From a phage, in assembly GCA_020619395.1 (NCBI GenBank), contig GCA_020619395.1_4860.1: a stretch of DNA of 64,000 bases; one strand, 5' to 3'. Of the stretch, positions 56,542-64,000 are shown piece by piece. Under the pieces are notes generated by a model. The model made no database searches. It was not told the DNA's origin and saw only the letters and a program-made list of their open reading frames with translations. A program made the translations under genes and the position numbers. The first letter of the stretch is position 1. Each line of letters begins with the position of its first letter.

Positions 56542-58647
56542 TTACAACTCAATTACCACAGCGGCTCCTAGGTCATCGTACAACGATGCCGGGATTTTGT
56601 ACTCGGTATAAAAACCAACGCGATCGATATTCCCCTGCTGTCCTTCAAACAACAACATCGGAATTGCCGAGCGCAAACTAATGAGCGTGTTGTGATCGAC
56701 AAACCGTTTCCCGGTGGCATTAGTAGAATCCTCACTGTCAAATCCTACTGCCGGGAACGGATTGGTTGGTGACTCTACACGAGATATCGCCAACATAATC
56801 GCAATGTGCGTCATCGGTATACCGCTCAGCTTACGCTGGATGTACTTAAACGTATCCATCAACGCATAAGTACACTGTTTCTCTGTAGCACCACCCATTT
56901 CAACCAACGTTACCGGTTTCACACGACCTTGTTTCTTGTTCAACTTCACAGTCGAGGCTGTGTTGATGATTTCCACAATGTCTTCGTTCTTATCGGCTGC
57001 GATTGAACGTAGCTTGGTTTCTAACCCTGCCACGAATTCTGCCATCGATTCAGAACGGTTGGTGTAGACCAGTACCGGGTGTTTCGGGTTCCATCCTTTC
57101 AAAGGAATCTGAACCGTCTTCTTCTCGATACGAATGTTCGCACGTTGTTTCAAGAAGTAATGCAAGAACGGTTTAGAGAAGTTCCCACAAACACCCATTC
57201 GCACATCGATAGAATCTGCAGCGATGATTTGCCCATCTTCTAAACGACGCTGGAATGTCAAGTCGGTGATTTCCGGCAATGCTGTTTCATCGATTGCATC
57301 GAGATCTTCATGATACGCAATCTGGCTCAGCTCCGAATAAACTTTGTCGGTAACGACCAACTCGTATTCTGACCAATTACCACGCTGTGGTTTTGGTAGC
57401 AAGCACAACCCTTTCAGAGAGTTATGTTTGTATTCGGTCATGTACTCACGCATTCTCGGCGTGAGTACCAGGTTGAGCAGATAACGCAAGAAGTCAAGGT
57501 GCTTGGTAGAGAGAATTCCCTGTGTACCCTTTTCCGAGATGGACGTGGACGCCAGGTGACCTGGTGACGTACCTTCAGAGAGGTTATAAATCAAATCCCC
57601 CATACAGGTCGCACAGATGGACTGATTCGCCATCTCTTTACAGGTCATGGCACTACGGAAGACCAGCGGTTTGCCAACCAGGTCTGCGTATCCGCCTTTC
57701 TCAAATCTCAACCACGGACCATTATCACCTTCTAAACGATAACGCATCCCCACCATCGCTTTATAGGCACGCTCATCCAGCTGCGTATCCTTAAACGTGT
57801 AGCGGTGTGCGTGAGTTGTACCGCAGTCGTCGTACGTGAAATACATCAGTACGTTTGCTGCCAACTGCAGTTTACGTGAGGCGTATTCTGCTTCGGCAAT
57901 CTTGTCAGTGTTGTACAAGTGGGAACGTGAAGTTGCACCGGATTCTTTCAAACGCGAAATAACCGAGTGCATTCCGGTAAAGAAGCCTTCCCACACCTGA
58001 TTGGTGTATACACGTGAGTCAATTTCTGACGTTTTACCACGCACGAAGGCTTGCAGTACCTGGTTCATCTTCACAGTACCGTCCAGTACCGACATCACGA
58101 CCGGGTTATACCGTAGCGCAGGGTCTTTGAAGATTTTCTCGATAAGCTTGTACGCTTCTTCAACCATATCCCGACCATCTTCATCGTAGCCAGTAGGATA
58201 TTGCACTTCCCACTGACGGATGAGTTCGAAGTTCGGATGGTCGTAGATCTCCATCATCGTATCAAAGTCGATTGTCGTACAATAGGACAGCAAGTTCTTC
58301 ACTGTCATGTTGAACGCATCGGCGTAGACATGTTGACTCAGGATATAACGCGTTTCAGCAAGGTCGACGCCTGCTTTACGGGCCAGTACCGCTGCTTCCG
58401 ACATAAAGTCCAGATGCAGGTCATCTGTTGCTACCTGACCTGGACGATACGCCATGGTCGATGGAGTGGGCACCTGCGGATACAGACGCGACACACCCCA
58501 ATACGGCCAGCTGAGTTTGATGTGGCGACTAGACATTTCCAACGACTTACCATCGTCGAATGTCACGTAATAACGCCCGCGTAGTTTCCACACCTGATCA
58601 GAGTTAAGCATACGCAAATCACGTACGTGTACAGAACGACCCGCCAT
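56542..58647 (-). CDS. multisubunit RNA polymerase beta-prime homolog, C-terminal part
   Basis: LMYFTYDDCGTTHA parallels E. coli RpoC LVVTEDDCGTHEG; FRSAMTCKEMANQSICATCMG...ASTSISEKGTQ parallels VRSVVSCDTDFGVCAHCYG...AAQSIGEPGTQ (trigger-loop region). Confidence 0.7.
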   Translation of the reverse strand: MAGRSVHVRDLRMLNSDQVWKLRGRYYVTFDDGKSLEMSSRHIKLSWPYWGVSRLYPQVPTPSTMAYRPGQVATDDLHLDFMSEAAVLARKAGVDLAETRYILSQHVYADAFNMTVKNLLSYCTTIDFDTMMEIYDHPNFELIRQWEVQYPTGYDEDGRDMVEEAYKLIEKIFKDPALRYNPVVMSVLDGTVKMNQVLQAFVRGKTSEIDSRVYTNQVWEGFFTGMHSVISRLKESGATSRSHLYNTDKIAEAEYASRKLQLAANVLMYFTYDDCGTTHAHRYTFKDTQLDERAYKAMVGMRYRLEGDNGPWLRFEKGGYADLVGKPLVFRSAMTCKEMANQSICATCMGDLIYNLSEGTSPGHLASTSISEKGTQGILSTKHLDFLRYLLNLVLTPRMREYMTEYKHNSLKGLCLLPKPQRGNWSEYELVVTDKVYSELSQIAYHEDLDAIDETALPEITDLTFQRRLEDGQIIAADSIDVRMGVCGNFSKPFLHYFLKQRANIRIEKKTVQIPLKGWNPKHPVLVYTNRSESMAEFVAGLETKLRSIAADKNEDIVEIINTASTVKLNKKQGRVKPVTLVEMGGATEKQCTYALMDTFKYIQRKLSGIPMTHIAIMLAISRVESPTNPFPAVGFDSEDSTNATGKRFVDHNTLISLRSAIPMLLFEGQQGNIDRVGFYTEYKIPASLYDDLGAAVVIEL

Positions 58648-60884
58648 TATTTATCCTCCCGAATTGGACGCACTAATTCAAAACCTTCACAGCGATGGAT
58701 GTTACGTATCATCCTGTCAATCTGCGAATCTCCCATTGGCAGTTTCTTACGATCGACCAGCACCCCCGGATTGGTTGGTGTTGGCGAGTTATACAGCCCC
58801 GTTACGATCGCACGGTGTACCGCAGGGTTATTAGCGCGGTCATGAGTTTCGGGGAAGTTGCCCGGACCAAAGCCGTCGGTAAGACGCTGCTCGGAAGGAC
58901 CACCCCACTTCAACCCTTTCAGGTTAATCGGATATGAACCACGTCCTTGGTTGGATGCATCAATACAACCCAAATAGTTCGTGTACATCGACGAGATACT
59001 GGAGAACTCACGACCGGTTTTATCCAGGCGCAGAGTCTCTACCATGCCGACGTAGAACTGGTTCTTCGTCCACTCTTTCTCACCCTGATAGTTAGTAATC
59101 AGTAGCTTAGACTTGCGTGGTGCATACTCGCCTAGAGCACGGCAGATTTCTACCTGGGTGGCATTCAATTCGTGGGGAAGCCAGATACGAATCGTGAAGT
59201 CGTAAATCTCTTTAAAGAGTTCCAGACGTGACTCAGTATCTGGGTGACTGGCATTGAGATAGAATGTCCAGCGTGGGTTATAGCGATCGATATAGTCCAT
59301 CAGGATTTCCCAGGCTTCATCAACCTGGTTGGCAGCAAGTAATGGTTTCAACCGCATCTTCAACTGCTCGGATGCAGCAGACCAATACATGTGGAACAGC
59401 GCAGCATAAGTCGAACGACGAATTACGGCGTTCATGGAACGAATGACATGCACACGTTCTCCGAACTCGTTAATCGGCATTTCTTCATCAGGCCGCACTG
59501 CACCCACGATACCTTTTGTACCTGAACGGTCGGTGATTTTCGATGAGACGGTAACTGGGATTGGATAACGTACCACGATGCGTATCGTGTAACTACCAAT
59601 TGGGTCCCAGAGACCACGCTGAACCGGCTGCGCCAGTTTGTTTAACACGTTCTTATCAGCAGAACGGTTATACTCGCCTTTGCGCATGGCTTCATCGTAT
59701 TCACGACCAATCTCTTCACGGAAGTCGTTATAGACTTCATACGTCTCAGAACAGAACGCCTTGTCAAGAATCTCAAACGCTTTCGGTGACCAGACAATAT
59801 TCTTGTCCTTGGACATCGCAAAATAGAACCGCACGATATCATTGTAAAAACGTTTCAAAGCGTTCGCGTAGTGATCTAACTCGCGTTTGTTCTCTTCGGT
59901 ACATGCGATATTGTTAACACCACGATCGCATTTGGTTTCGTCCCGCCATACCTGAATATCAACGACACGAGAACCAGTACGTTCCATCTTTTCAAAGTCG
60001 CCAGCCTGACGCGCTTTGTAATGCTCAGGGTCAGCATCAACATACTCACAACGGTCGAAGTGCGGAGAGATATGTTGTGTTTCACCTACGTGCGAGTCAA
60101 TGGCTGCCCATAGCTTATCGAAACGGCGCGCGGCAATAACCAACCCATCATCACGAATTGCCTGTCCTTTATTGGGCAGGTACTGTGGTCGACGAACGCC
60201 ATCAATACCCGTTGTCCCATACGTATCAAGCAGGTACTCGTCGTCGCGCAAGGTAAAGTCGATTGCACGCAAACCATAAGCGTGCATCGCTTTCGCTGCA
60301 GTTTCGGAGATGGTGTACGAGTCCTCGATAATGTCCGGGTGCGACATTGTCACAGTGTGCAGGTTGACCCCATCGACAAACTCACCGTCTTTCTGTGCCG
60401 GCAGTACGGTAAGCATTTCATCTTTTTCCAGGTGCTGCGTCTGCCCGCGCAGCAACGCCTGAAGTTTCCCAGTAGCCTCTTTCTTAGACGAGAAAATGTT
60501 ATCGTGGTTGGTGTAATACTTAATATCGATTACATCAATCATCACTTTGCGCTGGTTGGTTAAATCTGCGCGCGTGAAGAAGATAACATGCTGGAGCGGT
60601 TCGTGATCCCCTTCACGACCATAGCGTGCAAAAACAGCTGCACGAGTAACACCTTCTTTGGTTGTGTAACTGCACACGGTACCACTGTCTTCCACGATAT
60701 CGTTAAAACAATAATCGTGGTAGTTCACATCAGCGCCGGTAAAATGGATAGTCGGATCTGGATTGTCCAGTGGTACCGCCGACTTCATATGTCCACCCAC
60801 CATTGAGGCACGTGCCCCAGATACGCCAGTGATATTCACCTCACGGTCAGCAACGCTTGACATGAGTTCGACTGGTGTTTTCAT
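58647..60884 (-). CDS. multisubunit RNA polymerase beta homolog, C-terminal half
   Basis: DIIEDSYTISE parallels YNFEDSILVSE; SRVVDIQVWRDE parallels GTVIDVQVFTRD; ITDRSGTKGIVGAVRPDEEMP parallels [26 protein letters not shown] parallels VPSRMN. Confidence 0.8.
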   Translation of the reverse strand: MKTPVELMSSVADREVNITGVSGARASMVGGHMKSAVPLDNPDPTIHFTGADVNYHDYCFNDIVEDSGTVCSYTTKEGVTRAAVFARYGREGDHEPLQHVIFFTRADLTNQRKVMIDVIDIKYYTNHDNIFSSKKEATGKLQALLRGQTQHLEKDEMLTVLPAQKDGEFVDGVNLHTVTMSHPDIIEDSYTISETAAKAMHAYGLRAIDFTLRDDEYLLDTYGTTGIDGVRRPQYLPNKGQAIRDDGLVIAARRFDKLWAAIDSHVGETQHISPHFDRCEYVDADPEHYKARQAGDFEKMERTGSRVVDIQVWRDETKCDRGVNNIACTEENKRELDHYANALKRFYNDIVRFYFAMSKDKNIVWSPKAFEILDKAFCSETYEVYNDFREEIGREYDEAMRKGEYNRSADKNVLNKLAQPVQRGLWDPIGSYTIRIVVRYPIPVTVSSKITDRSGTKGIVGAVRPDEEMPINEFGERVHVIRSMNAVIRRSTYAALFHMYWSAASEQLKMRLKPLLAANQVDEAWEILMDYIDRYNPRWTFYLNASHPDTESRLELFKEIYDFTIRIWLPHELNATQVEICRALGEYAPRKSKLLITNYQGEKEWTKNQFYVGMVETLRLDKTGREFSSISSMYTNYLGCIDASNQGRGSYPINLKGLKWGGPSEQRLTDGFGPGNFPETHDRANNPAVHRAIVTGLYNSPTPTNPGVLVDRKKLPMGDSQIDRMIRNIHRCEGFELVRPIREDK

Positions 60885-60907
60885 TCGTAAATGCTCCTTT
60901 TGGTTAC

Positions 60908-60935
60908 CTCGGTAAGATAATATCTATCTGTTTTA
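60908..60935 (-). promoter_or_regulatory. conserved AT-rich promoter-like motif (copy E)
   Basis: tcggtaagataatatctatctgttttat about 24 nt upstream of the beta-fragment start; sits in a divergent intergenic region. Confidence 0.5.
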
Positions 60936-60950
60936 TTTTAAGGAGAGACG

Positions 60951-61274
60951 ATGCTAGATAAATTTGCTACCTTATCCGAAATAATACCTTCGCCTGATTC
61001 GACCAAGTATAAGGTGTTGCATGACTATACAGACTTCCTTCGCAAACACCCAGATACTACAGAAGAAGTTGTTGACCCAAAATATGCCTACCCAGAGGTA
61101 CACAGTTTCTACGCGTACTGTCGTCTCAAACAGTACGATAATAGTATTATTTATCCGATGATGTTAATGAACGGAATTTCTACTCCGTTTGATTTCACGC
61201 CAGAGATAAGAACCTTATTGGTTCCTAGTGTCGGCGTGGTAAGTAACATCTTATCGACTATCGTAGAATCTTGA
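60951..61274 (+). CDS. hypothetical protein (107 aa)
   Basis: Perfect AAGGAG ribosome-binding site; followed by bidirectional terminator. Confidence 0.5.
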   Translation: MLDKFATLSEIIPSPDSTKYKVLHDYTDFLRKHPDTTEEVVDPKYAYPEVHSFYAYCRLKQYDNSIIYPMMLMNGISTPFDFTPEIRTLLVPSVGVVSNILSTIVES

Positions 61275-61280
61275 AAAAAA

Positions 61281-61301
61281 GAAGGGACGCCCAGTCCCTT
61301 C
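61281..61301. terminator. bidirectional rho-independent terminator
   Basis: gaagggac-gccca-gtcccttc hairpin with A-run/T-run flanks. Confidence 0.65.
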
Positions 61302-61311
61302 TTTCTAACGC

Positions 61312-62679
61312 TTAACGTAAATTAGCTGATGAGAATGGTAGGTTGCCTAAACTGCTGCTACTTCCGCCACCTAAACCACCCAGACCACCTAACACGTCAC
61401 TACTCCCTCCTAAGAGGTTGGTGCTACCGCCGCCCAACTGCGTGCTACCCCCCAAGAGATTATTACTACTTCCCAGCAAACCAGAACCCAGACCACTTTC
61501 TTTCGTCACCGCATTACCACGCAGCGCCTCACCGAGAGACAGTTCTTTAATTGTCCCTTTCGGTAAATGGCCGTTGTTCTCACGCAGCGCTTCCTGAATC
61601 TTCGGTGCTAACGCATTGAAGCTATTAGCTGAAGACGCCTGTTGCGCTTTCTTCGCACGGAAATAGTTTACCGGATCGTTGAGATCAAGATTTTCCTGCG
61701 GAGCTTGTTGAGAAGCTAAAGCAACGACCGGCTTTGTGCCGGCAGGTGTACGCCCGATACGGAAATCCGTTGCGGTGGTGTCTGTTGCCTGATCGGTGCG
61801 TGGGCCGGTATTATACGGCAGAGTTTGGATAACGTTATCATAAACGCTCATGTTATCCAGTTGGCCAATCCATTCTTCTTCTAACGGACGCAGTGGAGTG
61901 TGGTCACGCAGACCACGAACCACTTGATTGTAGTTGGTCACGTATTGTGCCCAACCGCGTGCCAAAGAACCGAAGTACGGACGCGGATCGTTAGAACCAG
62001 TAACCGAAGGATACCAACCAAACACTGCAGTTAGCAGGTTAAAGATAATGACCTTATCCTGCTTACGCTGGAGCTTGGCACCGAAGAATGTTGCCGTACC
62101 ATCCAGTGACTCTTCTTCAAACATGTGTTTGTAGTTCGCCACACGGATATATTTGATACCTTCAATGGTCATATCGCTGGAGATGAAGATACTGGTGATC
62201 TTTGTCTTTTTATCTTCTTCCAGCAACCCGTAAACGTAGTTCTTCACTGCGTGCCAGCTCTGAACCAGTTTCTTATCCATCGTTGGATCTTTCAGGTCAG
62301 CACAAACCACATCGCTTAAAAACTTCTTGTACGCTGCCAGACGGATATTTTTTCCTTCGGCTGCTGTTTCCAAAATCGCATCGATTAGCTCGAAGCTTTT
62401 CAGGAAGAGGTTCGCGTTGATGGCTTTCTTCAGGAAACGAATCGTTCCAGATTCGCCAGCCAGCACCGATTCACACAGCGGGTGGAACGCATGACATTCA
62501 CTACCTTCGTCATCTTCCAACCCACGCTTAATCATCGCTGCAGTTGGAAGCACCAAGCGGCGCTTCACTTTGTTGTAGGTGAACATTGCCGGATGACCAT
62601 CATCGATAGTCAGCATGTCACCTTCGAATCCGTATCCGAGCGAGGTCAGAAACGAACGGTAGAATTCAATCAATTTCAT
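61312..62679 (-). CDS. hypothetical protein with Gly/Ser/Leu-rich C-terminal tail
   Basis: C-terminal 60 aa are LGSGLLGSSNNLLGGSTQLGGGSTNLLGGSSDVLGGLGGLGGG. Confidence 0.55.
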   Translation of the reverse strand: MKLIEFYRSFLTSLGYGFEGDMLTIDDGHPAMFTYNKVKRRLVLPTAAMIKRGLEDDEGSECHAFHPLCESVLAGESGTIRFLKKAINANLFLKSFELIDAILETAAEGKNIRLAAYKKFLSDVVCADLKDPTMDKKLVQSWHAVKNYVYGLLEEDKKTKITSIFISSDMTIEGIKYIRVANYKHMFEEESLDGTATFFGAKLQRKQDKVIIFNLLTAVFGWYPSVTGSNDPRPYFGSLARGWAQYVTNYNQVVRGLRDHTPLRPLEEEWIGQLDNMSVYDNVIQTLPYNTGPRTDQATDTTATDFRIGRTPAGTKPVVALASQQAPQENLDLNDPVNYFRAKKAQQASSANSFNALAPKIQEALRENNGHLPKGTIKELSLGEALRGNAVTKESGLGSGLLGSSNNLLGGSTQLGGGSTNLLGGSSDVLGGLGGLGGGSSSSLGNLPFSSANLR

Positions 62680-62691
62680 GGTTAATAATCC

Positions 62692-63999
62692 TTAATCAAT
62701 GAGACCGTTGCCGAGTCCGTTTCCGCCTATACCGCCTAAGCCACCACCCAGGTCAAGACCTCCAAGAGGATCTAAGCCACCTGTGTTAGTTGGAATGTTA
62801 GATAGCATTCGACCCCGGCCTTGGCCTTTCTCGAATTCTGTATAACCTTCTTCCACGGCTTTCAACAGCGTTGCGGTGTTCTGTGCCAGCTCACCAACGT
62901 ATTTGAGATCGGTGGTGTTGCCGGTATGGAGACGGAATTGCATAAACGACGCGTAGGTGTAATATTCCAGCGGTTCGTCGTCGACACGGATTTCAATACG
63001 AGTAACGGTCCCCAACAATGCGGTGACCAGCATGTGGCAGCGAATATGGTTATGTTTAGTAACCTGAACCATCGCTTCTTTCATGTTCTGCAAGAAACGA
63101 CGACCTAACGCAGCAGGTAACTGATGGTGCGTGATGCTGCTGACTGAGTTAGGAATAACTTCCAGCGTAGGCTCTATCATGATATCTGTGTTGCGGTTAT
63201 CAAAGACAAAGCTCACTTCACCAATCAGGTTACGTGACATAATCGGCCCGATAGACATAGCCAGATCATACGCAACTAGACTACCCTGCGTGGAGAAGCC
63301 ATTACGTCCAATCCAGTGGTCGGTTTGGTTAACCAGCCCTGCACCCAACCCACGGCGACTTGCCAGCGCCAGCGATTCACGGATACATTCATCCAACCGC
63401 ATTGGGTTGACAATCGCATTACGCAAATCAGCCAAACGGAACGTCGCCTTACTGGTTGCTTTCCAGCCGCCAGATACATCAGACATCCCGTTCTGGAGTG
63501 CTTGACGCATCGCAGCAATCAGTTCGTGGTTGCTGTAGTTACGGATAACACCACGTTGCTTCAATTCAGATTCAACGCCGATGGAGTTATTACCTGCAAA
63601 GAAGCTTTCCACGCTACCGAGTTCGGTATCTACCCCAGAGCTTGCCAGATACGCATTACTGATGGCAGATACGTAGTTTTCTGGACGCTGGAGTTGGGAT
63701 ACCATCAACTGTGGTGCAGAGCTACTGGTTGCGGATAGCACAGAGTCGCTCGTTGGGACGAACTTCTCACCGCTATTCATTTCAATACGTTTTACCATAT
63801 CCGCCGCTTTCGCGATCGAAATGATATCTACCGTACTTTCCGTTTGACCTTCAACAGACAGCGCTTTCGATAAAACGTAGTTATCCAGTAGACGGAATGA
63901 GTCTGGGTTCAATGTTTTGCCGCCCAGGGCATCGTGTGTATACGTTGCCTGTAAGCCGTAGATGTCGTTAATGTACAACACCATATCGTCAGGCAGCAA
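62692..63999 (-). CDS. hypothetical protein with Gly-rich C-terminal tail; 5' end uncertain or truncated by window
   Basis: C-terminus GGLDPLGGLDLGGGLGGIGGNGLGNGLID; track start is a TTG 1 nt from the window edge, so the gene probably continues beyond 64000 or starts at ATG 63984. Confidence 0.5.
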   Translation of the reverse strand: MLPDDMVLYINDIYGLQATYTHDALGGKTLNPDSFRLLDNYVLSKALSVEGQTESTVDIISIAKAADMVKRIEMNSGEKFVPTSDSVLSATSSSAPQLMVSQLQRPENYVSAISNAYLASSGVDTELGSVESFFAGNNSIGVESELKQRGVIRNYSNHELIAAMRQALQNGMSDVSGGWKATSKATFRLADLRNAIVNPMRLDECIRESLALASRRGLGAGLVNQTDHWIGRNGFSTQGSLVAYDLAMSIGPIMSRNLIGEVSFVFDNRNTDIMIEPTLEVIPNSVSSITHHQLPAALGRRFLQNMKEAMVQVTKHNHIRCHMLVTALLGTVTRIEIRVDDEPLEYYTYASFMQFRLHTGNTTDLKYVGELAQNTATLLKAVEEGYTEFEKGQGRGRMLSNIPTNTGGLDPLGGLDLGGGLGGIGGNGLGNGLID

Positions 64000-64000
64000 G

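Noticed and set aside
56542-60884. Initial guess that the two large adjacent ORFs were ribonucleotide reductase subunits
   Set aside because: No reductase motifs; the sequences match conserved blocks of RNA polymerase beta and beta-prime instead.
1-64000. tRNA genes, integrase, transposase or insertion-sequence elements
   Set aside because: Intergenic regions of 100 bp or more (21026-21157, 21564-21676, 23530-23771, 32043-32178, 16476-16610) show terminators and promoter motifs but no cloverleaf-compatible sequence or T-loop signature; no recombinase-like ORF was recognised apart from the RuvC-like resolvase.

Overview
This 64 kb window reads as a fragment of a large double-stranded DNA phage genome, most likely a phiKZ-like jumbo phage; it is not bacterial chromosome. 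About 60 tightly packed genes are present, mostly on the minus strand, arranged in operons bounded by GC-hairpin rho-independent terminators. Products I can support from the protein sequences are: fragments of a split multisubunit RNA polymerase (a beta N-terminal half at 12877..14655, and an adjacent beta C-terminal half and beta-prime C-terminal part at 56542..60884), an SF2 DExH helicase interrupted in its P-loop by a class-3 (WCT-type) intein carrying a LAGLIDADG endonuclease, a truncated family-B DNA polymerase (exonuclease domain plus motif A only), dihydrofolate reductase, a RuvC-like resolvase, a GNAT-like acetyltransferase, an HExxH metalloprotease candidate and a large capsid-size protein. 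Most other ORFs have no recognisable function. Beyond the ORF track I found a 26-nt AT-rich promoter-like motif repeated six times upstream of minus-strand operons, a helically phased repeat array in a 240-bp intergenic region, two tandem paralogous 48-aa proteins, and tandem paralogous acidic proteins sharing an identical N-terminal peptide. No CRISPR array, tRNA, integrase or transposase was found. No database search was possible, so all identifications are motif-level; sequence-line labels disagree with the ORF track by 1 nt in places, so coordinates I derived myself are +/-2 nt.
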